From Balanoglossus misakiensis (Eukaryota > Animalia > Hemichordata): 64,000 nt of DNA. The DNA is taken from positions 1,029,909 through 1,093,908 of the forward strand of contig CM082589.2 in NCBI GenBank assembly GCA_040954595.2. Direction: 5' to 3'. Of the stretch, positions 1 through 14,000 are shown piece after piece; within the stretch, counting starts at the first letter, position 1; each line of letters begins with the position of its first letter. The translations under genes were made by a program, and so were the position numbers. The notes below the pieces were generated by a model. That model was not told where the DNA came from and ran no database searches. It saw nothing but the letters and a program-made list of their open reading frames with translations.

Positions 1-3000
1 TGCAGTTGCCTAGAGCAAAAATACTCTGAAGAACCTTCTGATGTAAAAATGTACGTTGTTGAATTCACCAATGATGACTGCAGTCTGTGTTGTCTATTTT
101 GTCTTCACTTTTCGTATCTTCTGATCAATTTGCTGTCTATTACCCCTCGGCAGAGTTCTTATTATCTGGTCCCCTCTTTGCTTCTGATAATTGTGTGGCA
201 TCTATGAGCTGCAGGCATCAAAGGAGCCTGGTTTGTGATTGAAGTCACTTTTTTCCGTCTCTCTCTCTCCGCAAAGTCTGGTTTCCTCACGAAAAGGGGC
301 AAGCAAAGGCATGTCATTGATCAAAGTATCAAGCGTTCTGATTGGTGAATACATATACCTATTGCAAATTTCAGACATTCATGGAATCATTTTTCAACAA
401 TTTCATATGTCATGCGTGTTACTAGGATAATTCCAATCTTTGGAAAGTCGTGATATCTGGATCACATCAGTTGTACCGAGAAAAATGCTGACTTTTTAAT
501 ATGGCTCATTAAATTCTTGCTGTCGTCAGTTGAATACAATTTTATTACCAGTCTCCCTTAATACCTTTCATATGGTTTTTATACCAAATAAGATCATACA
601 TGTGCCACGAGCGTCAGCAAATATATAGTGTTTTGGTTAAAACAAATATAGTTCTACATTTCATGGAATGTACATTTCCAAATGTAAACATAATTGCCCA
701 GCAACTGTTACATAAAATGGCTATATCTTTATATGAATGTATATGAATGCTGTCCATTTGTAAAATTTTCTGTTCACAAATTACAGAGCTGAAACTCTTT
801 GAATTGCAATAGTCTGTGTATAAAAACACTCGTTGAAATGAAATGAAAGGTGTAATGAATGATAAATGAAGTCGAAATACAAATTATGATAGATGGAAGG
901 AAATGCGTCGAATTTAGCACTGTAGCACCGCCTGATGTCTTTGCCCTGTCAGTCACAATGGAAACAGCGGAATTAAGCCATGCTCTTCCAAGAGATTAGA
1001 TAGCAAAAATGTCTGTATCTATTACTTGCAGTGTCATTTAACTGAACGCATCTGCAACAGAATGTCTTTCTATGTCTCAATCCATCTGTCATCCTTGTGA
1101 CACTGGCTATTCAAGAGTACGCTGCCTCATGCCTGCCGTCGTAAACCGATAAATGATTTCCAATTTTAGGTGAGTCGCAGATAATGAATTGCTCAGCGCT
1201 CCTGTCAAAGTCTTCCTCTTGTGTTTTCTGACACAGCACATTTGGGTGAGACTTCGGTCGGTGATGTGCCTAATTCGTGTTCAGCGTAGAGTATCCTCTT
1301 CGTACGGACAGTACATATCAGCAGACTTTAATACAAAACTTTTTCCAACACAAATTATCCACATGTAAATTCACGGACTGATTAGAAAAGCCAGGAAGAA
1401 AACAGAAAGATGCATTTAGCATTAAAAGTTTCCGCAGGAAACACAACCTCCAAAGCATGCAGACATACAGGAAAACACCATTGAAGCATTTCGCACACGT
1501 TAAAAATTTTATTTTGTGAGCTCATGTAAATTATTAATTAAAAAGGAAATGTTTTATTAAGAACATATGGAAAATTTTAGTGTACAGTCACAAAATATTA
1601 AGTAGTACGGGTAGGGATGATGGAAATAAGAATGTGTAATGTGTTTCTCATGTACATGTATAGTAAACTGAATATTGATAATGGCTGACATAACTGTTAG
1701 ATGGCTTTGATAAATAGTGTTGTGATAGGCAGTTTTTGAAGTCGTGGGCTTACATCCTTGGTTAATTGAAGACAAAACTAATCTAGTTTGCAATGAAAGT
1801 GGTGATTCAATCATAGTGGCGGAGATAATAAAATCAATTTTTGTCATCTCAGATTTATCGAAAGTCCAATAAATCTGAATAGATAACCAGGGAGAGGTAC
1901 TCTATGGGTTTCTATTGTTAACATCTTTTCTGATTGTAGTTTGATAAAAGATTGCTCTTTTGGACAGTGAAGTTGAACCATCCTCGCATTGATTGAGTGT
2001 GATTGCCTGGGTTTCATTCAAAAAACTTCAACAAAAGCAGATTTACAGCGCATCTAGCTTGCATAATGAAATATTATGCCCCAGGCACAGGTATATTTCA
2101 ATGTTACCATGAAAATCTCTTTGAGAATGATTTAAGACTTGCCCTTGATAAAGTCCAGTGCCTTCCAGCAATGAGAAGTTGAAATATTGCCAGGTACACT
2201 AATAAAATACATGGAAACAGTGCAGTTCATGCAATTTGTATTTTAAGGAGAATTACTGAGAAAAACCTACAAATTAAATGCAAAGACTTTACAGGTTTGA
2301 AGCACAGATTTCAGAGTTGGTGAATATTCCCTTGTTTTACATCGTTACTTTTCATGCTTACAAAATGGTGGAGAGGTTGTAGATCAAATACAGAGTTCAT
2401 TATGGACCTTGTAAACGAGTACCATGGGTGTTTGGTAAACGCCAAAAATTTGTTGCTATTACATCGGCACATCTTTGTAAAAATTTATGTGTCCATGCTT
2501 TGAAGTCCTTGGGTTGTAGTATCTTTTTATTGCATTTGTAAAATGGCAGCAAAGTCTCAACGTTTCCTGCTTGTCTTCCATCAAAAGCCACAAATTACGT
2601 TTATGAATATGTATATGAATATATGACATAACAGATGTGACGTTCAAGCACTGACGTTTGACCTATTGCTTGGTCGGTGGTAGCCTCATGCAGGGATAAG
2701 AGTACAGGTGTGAATAACACATTTCAATGCTACACTGGTTTGTCAGTGGTAAGATGTTGATCTGAGCACGTACTAAACATCTAAATTATCCCGACAACCA
2801 CAGACTAATTCCTCTTGCGTAATCTTTCGTCGAGCAGATGTCGTTTCTACAAAAACAATTGGTATTGTCGTTATGCTACAAAGTGCTGTGTGGGGCACGC
2901 GAGTCTAGATTTGTAGAAACTAGGCAAATTGTTTGTTCATATGAGAGCCACTGTGAATGATAATGCAGTACACTGAAAAACAGACACTATTAAACCCATG

Positions 3001-6000
3001 GCTTAAGTGCACATCTTGTGCATGTATGTTTTGAGTCGAATAAAGTCAGCATACACTGTGAAAAGTGCAGCTCACTGATGTTGCTTGTAACGCATTCAGA
3101 AAAGAAGCTGAATGTTCCCAGCCTGTCCCTCCCATCAGAAATTGAATCATGGTTGGTTTTACAACAGGTTTGTCAGTATCAGAAGTAGTATAATGTTTTC
3201 TTGATAGCTTTTATCACGGTGATCATAAATTGAATTGATGTGATGCTTGCGTGATAATGGAACTTTTCAATGACTCACAGTTTTGACGGAAAAGAATTGA
3301 TGCTTGCAGCCTTTCTTTCGTCAGAAATTAATTGCAGGTGGTATAAATGATATGCTGATGAACAAAACTTAGAGGACATTCCTGAAACGCTACGATTCAA
3401 CACCCCAGTATACCATTGTATGTCTTTCATATAAACCTGAACAGCCTTTCTATAGCTGTGAAATTTTTAATCCAATGAAACAGGATGTTTTCAAAAAATT
3501 CTTATCAGGGAATTTGCTGTATGAATAACCAAGACAATGAAAATGGGGTCTTTAACAGCACGCACATCTATAACATGTTTTTGCCGCAGGCTTTTCACTA
3601 TTCATGGGTGTTAGAAGACATTAGTGATGAAATCAAGTTTCAGATGCGAAAGTTGAGTCAGGGAAAGCTCGGAGGTGTGGTTCTGACATCAAGTTTTGAC
3701 TTCAATTCATGATTGACGCGGTGATGGTAACAAGACACTCTATTTCCGTTTTCTTGTGGAAACTGAAGAACTAATATTGCCAAGCTTTTGAGTATCTGCC
3801 CAGACCTTGAAATGATTGAAGACAGTTGATGTTTGTTCCTGTGAATCAGTCGCTATTTGTCTGTCGTTGAGAAAGTACAGGCACATGGAAACTGGTGCAC
3901 CTGTTTGCTTGAAGCTAGCTGAAGTCATTACAGAAATTCTACTTATATCTCACAGCAGTGTTGAATACAAAGTGAGATTTTGGTTTGATGGGGGGGGGGA
4001 GTTCACAAAATGAGATTTGGTGTGAGTGATATATTGAGAACATTTATCGCAATGAAGAGGGGTCTGTATAGACATGTGTGCTGCATGATAAAATTCATCG
4101 TTAACGTCACCACAGTTAGGTTGGAAGGTTCGCTTGTGGCTAAAAACATGAAATCAAGCCTCGCTTAATTGGATTACCTTGTGATCATAGTGTTTTCCGA
4201 TGATTTGTGACCACACACTCTGTGGGAACTGTCACATGGCCACATCCAAGTAATTAAGAAAGTAATTTGCCGTGCTTGGATTCAGGAAAACTGTTATGCA
4301 TGATAAAATACCGGTATAGTGGTTTTAGTCTACCTGTTTTTATGATAATGTCAAATTAGAAAACTTAATATGAAAGCTAATACAAAAATACTCGTGGGAA
4401 GCTGAGTGGATGGGTGTGGTCGTGGGAGGATGTGTGCATTAATTCCCCCATAATTAAACTGCAATATATCTATATAGCACACAGGAGGTTATTTTACCAA
4501 ATTGTACGCTATAATACCGTGACACTTTAGTAATCACAAGTTTATCATCAAGCAGTTGATTAAGAATGCATTCAGATTAACACAAGATAATGAGTTAATT
4601 TGTCACGGTAGATAGATGCTCAGCCGCCAGTGTTTATTCATTGCATGGCCAGCCTTGATTAAAAAATAAAACCATGAAGAAACTGCTGACTTGTAGAAAA
4701 TAATGGGTCTTCACAATTTCCACTCTCTGCATGGATGCATTTAATTTCGACAGGATCGATTTCAGCGACATATGCACTATCACAAATACAAACAAAACGA
4801 ACAGATGCAGTAAAAGTAATTTGTTACCCTTAAGATTTGTTTTAGTATCATTACACCTGAAATATAAATTCATAATTAGGTTTAACACTTTAAATGTGAA
4901 ATGCAAATAGCAACTCCATTAAGGTCCTCATTCTGTGTTTGTGAAGTAAGGTTTTGGAGTAACAACTGTAAACACTGCGACTGTTATTTCAGTAATATTA
5001 TAAGATTAAAAGTGAATAACACTCAAAACATATTAACTAGGTGTGAGTAAAGCAGAATGTGCTTCCCAGCCGATCATTCAATTTAACATTCGGTGAAAGT
5101 GACTCTCGTGTCTGGAAACTGCATTGAAAATTTTCCCAGCCTCTAGCATCTTTGCTTTGATTTTTTAGAATGAAAGGGTTTGCGTACCCAGACGTCTGTA
5201 CCTCTGGCAAACTGTACATTTTTTCTCTCAGTCGCAAATCGTATATGTCAATTGTACAGAAACATAATGGTTACTTTTCATTTAAAACTAACAAAATTAA
5301 AATCACATGATGATAAAAAAATGACTTTTCCATACTGTGAATACCTTTCTGTATTGATTATTCTGTGTTTGCGGCTGTCTCAAGTTTTATATGGTGAAGA
5401 ACATCGACACAATTGTTGTATTGATTTTCAGACCATTAGCATTGGCTAGTAACATCGGTGTATTGCATTGTAATCACTGTGTGTGAGTCTTAAGATGAAA
5501 GCGTTGTTTGCAAATGTAGCATTTGCATTCATGTATGTGAGAAGTGTTTAGAAAAGACTCCATTGCTATTTTATCTTTTCAAAGCCTGTTGGAATTCATC
5601 AGAACCATCAGAACTGATGTGACATCCAGAAACAGGCAGTGAATCTAATTTCAAAACTGTGAAAATATAATGATGTTTATAGCAGTACATAAAAATAGTT
5701 TTTAAAGCTGGATTCCAACAAATAGTGGTTATAAGCTCTTCAAAATTAGGTAGAGTGACATAACAAATATTGTTGTTATCTAGCATGGGGTATGTTTCTT
5801 ATCAGAGAGACTTGTTTGAAGTTAGTTCAACAAGTAATGAATTAGAATGACTTGGTCATATAATATTTAGTTGCCTCATTTTCCCCTACATGTCTGTCAT
5901 TGTTGAGAGCATTAACTTTTTACAAGAAACTCATAACAAATGCAATGGTAGTTTTGTAATTTAGAATTCTTCAAATTCTGATTAGATTAATAATTGGCAA

Positions 6001-7903
6001 ACTATCTAAAGTACAGTTTCATCATGAAAGTTTTGCCTTGGTACTGATAAGCCATTGTGTTATTAAGCAGAATTAATTCAAATAATTTCCCCAAAACTAA
6101 AAAGATCTGAAAAAGGACACAAGATAACAAAAAGAGCTAACAGAAGGACACTAGATAGACCCCATGTTCCGTTAAAACCAGACTGCTGTTAATAGCCTAT
6201 AGTCTTGCAAATATCACAGAAGCCATTGACGAGCCTTGTGACACTAATTGTCTAACGGCATCAGAGAAGGCCCAGAATAAAACTGCTTAGCTGTGTCATC
6301 GAGTGAGGATAAAAATCAGCTGGGAATTATCCAGTGGAGACGACTGAAGTATCTGAGTGAACGCAGAGAGCCATATATAAACTACCTTGCTGTATATCAC
6401 AACGAGAATTGTTGTTGCTATGGTGAAGTTGATAGGCTGACACTCTAGGCGGCATAAACACTCCCCGGATTGAACTGCAGGAGACTTGGGAGACCTTCCT
6501 TGATGGAAGTGCCGTTTTATTTGAAATCTTTTACCCCACAATAATAGTAATTGATTTCTGTGTGTTTATTCAGTGGCAAATAATGCATAGTGATACGCGG
6601 TCATTCCAGAATCTCTGGGACTCCTTGTCCACAGGTGAATTTTATTCCACATTTGATTTCAGTCAGTGGCAAAATCAATACAACCTCTAATCAAATTCTC
6701 TCTGACAGCAGAAAATGCAATCTTTGTAAAAACAGATGTGGCCTGTCTATTGTCCTATACAACCATCAGGAAGCCTTGAACTTGAGAGTGATAGAAATCG
6801 TGGACTTTCACCAAAGAATTTAGGCAATTAAAAAAATTGTGTTTACACCGTGGTGTATACTGTAATCACTGCTTGATGCATAGTATGTAAAATGATGTAC
6901 ACAGAAAGTGACAGACTCTTGATTGGAAAGTTATTTCAATATTAGCCATGTCTACATTCCAGCTTAATTGTGTTTTCGTCCACGAGTTCATATCCACAAT
7001 GCAAAACTGATTAGAAAGAAACCTTTCCTTCATGGAAAAGGAAATTATCGTCACTGAATTAAGCAACACACACACACAAATAATTGCTGCAGATTTTTGT
7101 TCCAGTGTCAGTACACTCTGCCATGGTGAAGCTTAACAAGTTTGGGCAAGTTTGTTAGCATAGTGAACAATATCTGTGGCAATCCAGTCATATGGCTCGG
7201 AAATTAAATTTTGGACAGACCTTTGTATAGTGTAAACAGTAACTATTTTGTATCACACAGCGTATTTTGTTATCTGTAATATCAGCAGTGATAGAAACAC
7301 TTTCAAAAAAACATGATGCTATCTGATAAATCACACTTGGTATGTCGTGTTCAGATAAACTTCAATGATAAATTCCTATGATATCATTTGATATAGCTGC
7401 GTATACGTATACGTTGTTGATTCAAATCCCACGTCTTTCTGCACGCAGTCATATTAAGTGCAGCGTAAGTTCATGTCCTGCCTTGGTTTTCACAAAGCAT
7501 GCATTGAAGTTCAAATGTCCTCAAGGAGTTGACGATTTGGTACATTTATGGGGTGTTTAGTTGACAAGCAAACCTGTAAGTTTTGACGAGTCAAAAAATC
7601 TCACTGAACATTCTCTGAAATTGACAAACAATCAATTATCTTAAGTATGAAGGATCCATGACAAGCCCTGACGTAGATAACCTTTATGACTCAATAATAA
7701 TATTGATGCATTTAATAATACAAATCAAGCTAGATTTCTATCTTCTTTCGAAAAGACTAGATCTAAAATTATTTTGCTTGGTCAGTAAACTTCAACGTTT
7801 ACTCTGTTGGAGTGATTGTTTATTGAGGATCTAAAAAAACACACACAAGGGGAATCGAATAATTTTATCAAAAGAAAATTTCTAGATAATGGCTACAAGT
7901 GTG

Positions 7904-9049
7904 CTAATATCGATGCCGACAATATTGACACTTGAGGATTTTGTGGAAGGCATTTTTGAATTCCTTATTGAAGACAGTGTAAATGATTGGATTAAGGAGG
8001 GAATTGACGTAACCCAGCCAGTTGATGCAACTTCTGAGTGGGGCTGGAACGTTGCAGTTTTCTTTACAAAACGGGAGAACAAAAGCAACAATAAAGAAAG
8101 GTAACCAGCAAACAACAAATGCACCAGTGACAATACCTAGAGTTTTTGCGGCTTTACGTTCGCGAACCTCAGCCAGATGCCTTTTCGAGAGCTCTAGTGT
8201 TCTGATGGGGCTGGGCACCGTCTGATGATGATGGTTGCCGGGGGAACCATTTCCAATTACTGTAGTCACTGTTGTTGTCACTGTGGCACAGTCCGTTGCA
8301 TATTTCGACTTTTGTAGCGCCTTCCCACGGATGCGGAATTTGGCAACTTGATAAATCCTCCAGTAGATGATCAACATGACAACCATCGGGATGTAGAAAG
8401 CCCCAAATGTCGAGAAGACGGTGTATCCCAAATCCTGGCTAATTCCGCAAGCATACGGATCTGCTGTATCGTCTGGAGTGCGCCAACCAAACAATGGTGC
8501 AATAGAAATTATCGCTGATATCAGCCACGCCAGAGCAATCATCAAGATCATCCTCCTTGGAGTTCTTTTCGTTGTGTACTGAACATGCTTGGTGATCGAC
8601 CAGTACCTGTCCAGCGCAATAACACATAAGTTTAAAATGCTGGCCGTGCACAGGAGAACATCCATGGAAATGAAAAAATCACAAACTTCTTGACCCCATA
8701 TCCAGATTTCTGTCACTTCTAAGACGGCTACCAACGGCATGACAACAGTCGAGACCAAGAGATCAGCAACAGCCAAAGATACTATCAAATAGTTCGGGAC
8801 TGTCTGCAAAGTACGTTCCAACAAAATCGCAATCAGCACCAGGCAGTTTCCAAAGATTGAACTCAAGATGATCAAACTTAACAGTGTCACCAAAATTATT
8901 TTCTGCACTGTGATCTCGATGACAATATCTTCCCCAGTGTTGTTACCCTGTGTGTTGTTAAAGAGAAGTGAGATCACCATTCTGTCAGAGTAGTTCTCCA
9001 TTCTCCCAGTCACCGTCGTCGTCTGATTCCAATGCACAGGTTCTTTCAT
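7904..9049 (-). CDS. HTR1: 5-HT1-family (5-HT1A-like) serotonin receptor, class A GPCR, intronless CDS, 381 aa
   Basis: Seven hydrophobic segments. Motifs: GNCLV (TM1), SLAVADLLV (TM2), MDVLLCTASI with the amine-binding Asp3.32, DRY, STFGAFYIP (TM5, typical of 5-HT1), ERKAAKTLGI, CWLPFF, NWLGYVNSLLNPIIY. N-terminal N-glycosylation sequons NQT, NYS and NNT. The exact subtype is inferred. Confidence 0.92.
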   Translation of the reverse strand: MKEPVHWNQTTTVTGRMENYSDRMVISLLFNNTQGNNTGEDIVIEITVQKIILVTLLSLIILSSIFGNCLVLIAILLERTLQTVPNYLIVSLAVADLLVSTVVMPLVAVLEVTEIWIWGQEVCDFFISMDVLLCTASILNLCVIALDRYWSITKHVQYTTKRTPRRMILMIALAWLISAIISIAPLFGWRTPDDTADPYACGISQDLGYTVFSTFGAFYIPMVVMLIIYWRIYQVAKFRIRGKALQKSKYATDCATVTTTVTTVIGNGSPGNHHHQTVPSPIRTLELSKRHLAEVRERKAAKTLGIVTGAFVVCWLPFFIVAFVLPFCKENCNVPAPLRSCINWLGYVNSLLNPIIYTVFNKEFKNAFHKILKCQYCRHRY

Positions 9050-9485
9050 CTCACAGTACTCCAGAAAAAATGATGCAAATGTTATGCAGCAGCGTCAGCC
9101 TAACACCAACATAAATACAACCCCCTCATTATAATATTCACATTATCTAACTCGACTTTCCATTTCAAGCCAACCAATGGGATGCGGTCGCCATAACTAC
9201 ATAGACACACTCCCTAAGCTAGTAGCAAATGCTACACATTATCAACAACCTCCTAAGTTGATCTTCTCAAGTGCATTGTCACAGAATACTCCTTAATCGT
9301 AATGGCCGTAACCTTGGACTTCCCCAAAATCGAACTTGGGATTGAACTTAAACATGCACTAAGGTTAATTCAGCCATTATGCAAATCAAAGCACTGTACT
9401 GAACCCTCTCAAAACAGCTGAGGTGATATTAAAAAAGCTCCATCCAATTCAACGTAAATCACATGGGAAAGCCCGCAGGTACCAG

Positions 9486-9520
9486 CTGTGAAAAAATTAC
9501 AAAGGGGAAAAAAATAATAC
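9486..9520 (-). promoter_or_regulatory. Putative 3' splice acceptor upstream of the HTR1 coding exon, implying a non-coding 5' exon at higher coordinates
   Basis: The minus strand reads gtattatttttttcccctttgtaattttttcacag|ctggt: a long polypyrimidine tract plus CAG, about 436 nt upstream of the ATG. Confidence 0.55.
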
Positions 9521-12500
9521 CTAAAGCAAATATGCTGATATTGTTATAGGATATGAGTCGCGAAGTGTGAAACTGATTAATTTCAGGGGTACATTCGACT
9601 ATCTGGTGTTAGATTCGCCATATTGACAGAGAGCGTAAAGTGTAGGTGGCACGAAACAATTTCAGTTTTCATCAAGTCGGGTGTAATTTGGCAGGTTGTG
9701 TGGAATGCGCAGTTAGTAATTGAAGACCATTAGTCTGTCAACATCGTTAAGCAATACTGTAGAGACGACTGAAAAAGATTATATAGAGCTGTGTACTCCA
9801 CAACAGATTATTATCACAAGATGAAACAATCTTACATGAATCTCCCAGTAAAATATTTTTATTTTTCAAAAAAATTAGTATAATTAAAAATAACAAGCAT
9901 TCACACAATCTGGTGGATGGATCTATCAGAAATGTATTTTTATAGCGCTTACAGAAAATATTATCAATCATGTGCAGCTGTAAACAAGATTTGTACTTCA
10001 AATATGAGTGTGCTTTTTGTGCATCTCGGATTTTTCCTCTGTATTTAGCCCTAGGTGGTGGTTTGCTATTTTTTAAGTCTTAAGATATTCGGTTGCATTT
10101 TACAATATCTAAGTGTCTTTACATGATCATGGAAACGAAAACCCAGAAAATTGTAATTCGATGAGTGCCAAAAAAATCACGTATTAGGCGTATTGTAATG
10201 ATAACTCCCGAGGGGGAAGTGAAGTTGAGGAGGGGGAAAAATGATATGCAATCAAGAAGACGTATTTTGATTGTAATTCCCCCGAGGTTTACACACAAAC
10301 GTGTGTAAATATATCTCTCATCTTGAACTTGGCTCACTAAACTGCATGTCAGAAAAATAGATGTTTTGAGTCGCTTGTCTAATGAAGGGTCAAACCTGCA
10401 GGCAATGGCATTGTTAATATAGAGTTCTACTCTAATAAACTTGTGTATTGACAGAAAACCCTAAGTACATATTATCCTCAATACTGTTCCCTTGTTGAAG
10501 CATTTCCACTGAATTAAGGTGATACTAAAGGATTGAACTTTCTATACACTGATTGTCAGGGAGAAAATTCAGAACACATAAAATAGGAATTTTGTGTAAG
10601 TATAGGTAAAACAGAAATTTGACTGACATTTCTTGGTGCTTATTGGGCAATCCTGTGAAATAAGAAATGAAAAGGAAAAGACTTAGCTGCCAAAATGTGT
10701 TTGAAAATCACAAATTTTATGATTATCCAAATTATCTCAATTGAATTTGATACAGATTTTCTTAGGATGATAAACAGCATATAAATTTGGCAATTGACTT
10801 GAAGGTGTGGGATTTATTGAAAATAATCCTATGTCTGACAGAGAGCTTGTGGAAGATTAAAGTTACGAGCTGAGTTAAATGTTATCGTTCTTGTCAAACA
10901 TCATCAACGTATGTGGTCCTGAGATCATGTCATCAAGTCTGTAATGACATTGAACTTTGGTTGCTTACATGTTAAAAAAATTGACTGTCTGAATTGAATA
11001 TGTTTTCCTGCACTGACAATGAACTACGGTTAAAAAAAATTATGAATTGAAAAGCTTTCCTGTATTCACATTGAACTATACAGTTGAAAAAATGTATGAA
11101 TTGAAAAGGAACCCAAAAAGCTTTCAAGTCAGACAGAGTTGGGTCAACATAAACTTGTATAAAAAGTGACTTCAAAGGTTTGGAAAATAAATGGGTTTCA
11201 TTTGACAAGATTAGCTGAATCTGAGCTATTTCAAATGAAATTTTCAGAAAATAGAAAATTCTTTCTCGGAGTTGTCTTAAATCTTTCTCAGGAGCAAATG
11301 TGAGTGCTTGAAAAACCTGAAAAGACTTTGATCACTTCCTTGCTAGAAACATATTTGTTAATTAAAAACTGTTGCCAGGACAGCATAATTGATTTCCCCC
11401 TTTATCATTTTTCCGGTGAAGTCTGTTTATGGAGGTCAGCGATATTTTTGAATTAGATGAACATAATTTGGGCGGAAAATGACAGAAAGAAGACATGACA
11501 TGATGTCGCAAAATTAGAACTGAAAATTTCCTTGAATGAAATTAGAATTTGAAATTGAGGTTAGTGAACTGGGTAATTGCAGAATGTTATTCTTTGAATA
11601 GACAAGCTGGATGCCGTAGTTTGATGATCTATAATAGATAGACTGGTACAGAAGTTCGTCTGGCTGTTAATGTGTGTGAAAATCAACATATTAATTTGAC
11701 CTTCAGATTTAATATGAGATCTGACCTGGCATACACAATAAGCATTGTAAATTGGAAGTAGATAATGTACAAGGAATGACACAGAGTGCAAAGTCAATGT
11801 TAGTTGAAAGTCAATTAACATATTGAGAACTAATGACTTCACTTTCATTTTGTCAACACAGATCTGAGTCTCCTTCACTAATCACCTTTGTAATTAAAAT
11901 AGTTGGTAATTAGTAAAGGTCAGAGGATATAATTACATGAATAGGGAAAGGTTTCTTTCAAATGGCTTTCCGGTCTGGGTGTGGCTCTGTTGTTATGACG
12001 ACAAGATCTGGAATGTTTTCCCAATTTTTATAGTGCAGTTGTGTTTGTCACAGCTATTTCAAGCTTCCAGTTCAGAAATCTCAAGTGGTTCCATCAGTAT
12101 ATGTTGCACAATTACTCTCAATATTAAGTTCAATCGATACTGAATCCATGTTTTTATCTTACCGAGCATGCTTATTTTGAACCAGCCGTACAGGAATACT
12201 TAAAACATAACAAATAACCGAACACAAACATGTCGAAGTTCGTATGAAATGACTAACTTTCCTAGAAATGCCACACTTTGACAGAATGTCAAGGAGAACA
12301 TTTTCATTTCAAATCTAGATTAGTAGCATTAGTATCCATTTAACATTCGAAGTGACTTTGACTCAAAAAAACCATCTTCAACCGCCCTAATGTCTGCATG
12401 AATACGTTTAATGATATCTGCTGCAAAGATAAAATGTCGAGGTGGCCACTCCACTGCAAGTTGATCTTCAAGAATAAATAGGGTGATTGCACCCGAAATT

Positions 12501-13277
12501 CTGAGCTAATTCAAGTGTGATCAGGTGTAAGACTTTCCCATTAGTCTCTCGGAATAAATTGGAGTGGCTTGGCGAGATCTTCATTACGTATTCTTTTGGG
12601 ATGGGACACCCATGAATGCTGTGTCTGAACGTAAACAAGTTTGCGGAAAATGACCAGCCTCTAATCATGAATCTCAATAGTTCGCCTCTCTGTCCGTGTG
12701 ATGAATCACAGTGGATGCCCGAAAAATTTGAGACGTTAACAATTTTGAGACGTTCTTTTCAAGATTAAAGTAAGATCTTAGCAACAATTGTGTTTTGACA
12801 TTGTGTAGTTCAAACGCTTGTGTTTGGTTATTGTGTTTGAATGGCAACATCACATATTTCTTGTAACACTGCGTCAAAACATCATGTTTGTCGTGTTACG
12901 TTGCATTTTTCTCTTGACATCACATTAGTGCGACATTTGAATTTATCTCGTGACATTGCATTTGTCTAGCGATATCCCATTTATCGACATCACATTGTTC
13001 ATGCATGGTAACTTGGGGGAAGATAATGCATTAAGTGATTTCCCCAACTTGCAAATTGTATGACCCCTAGGATATGACCTTTCAGATCCTATAATTGATT
13101 TTGAAGGTAATTCTTCTATCAGGCACCTTGCACAAAACATTCACTATCCTCCCACCAGTTGGTCCAAATCGATTGTTTTCGACGGTATGACAGATACAAC
13201 CAAGCTAAGCCCAAATAAACAATAAAGCTTCAATAATTTTAATTTTGGCTATTTGTTCTAGTTAGTCTAATGTCTAA

Positions 13278-14000
13278 GGCTGCATTCACAAACACCTCTG
13301 GAGGGGGGGGCGGGAGAATTGAGGGGGGGGATTTGAAAAAATTGAGGGTATGTAAGGGGGGGATTTGAAAAAATTGAGGGTATGTAAGGGGGGGACTTGA
13401 AAACTTTAACGACTAAATATTTATTTTGAGTCCACAAAAATGCAGTTTCGCGCCCTTTATTTTACAAAATTTTCTAATGTGGGAGGGGGACACCCCCTCC
13501 CACACCCACCCCCTCCATTCATCAACACCTTTCAATCATTGACTGGTTTATCCAGTGTCCCAGGTCAGGGGACTTGCCCCCACCCCATGATAACTTTGAG
13601 CAGCGACGGTTAAATTTGTCCTCCCCAACATACCGGTAGTTGAGTTAATTTGCTTTTGCCGGGTTCATAATTCAATTCTCGGTTTACAATGTCTCCCAAC
13701 ACAGAATACAAATATATGTACTTAAAAAATAAAAACAATGTTCAGTTTTAATACCCACAGATGAGGGGAAACATCAGTTTCAAATTATTTTCATGGGAGC
13801 GCTGTTTTTCTTTTTACAAGATAGATAGGTGATATGTTTTGCTCAGTGAAAGAAAATGGGGGGGGATTTCAAAATTTTGGCAGTTCGGAAGGGGGGGATT
13901 TGAAAATATTGGCAGTTCGGAAGGGGGGCATGTGAAAATTAGCGGTAAAAAAAATTGAATTCTCCCGCCCCCCCCTCCAGAGGTGTTTGTGAATGCAGCC
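13278..14000. mobile_element. MITE, PIF/Harbinger (Tourist-like), 723 bp
   Basis: Perfect 43-bp terminal inverted repeats (GGCTGCATTCACAAACACCTCTGGAGGGGGGGGCGGGAGAATT at 13278-13320; reverse complement at 13958-14000). TAA target-site duplication at 13275-13277 and 14001-14003. G-rich subterminal direct repeats. No transposase ORF. Confidence 0.93.

Noticed and set aside
1-7800. Numerous ORFs of 60-96 aa in the left part of the window
   Set aside because: They have no recognisable domains or consistent splice phases and are compatible with chance in AT-rich intronic or 3' UTR DNA. A small missed laminin exon cannot be fully excluded.
7882-8651. Short ORFs overlapping the GPCR on both strands
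   Set aside because: They are shadow frames of the receptor CDS.
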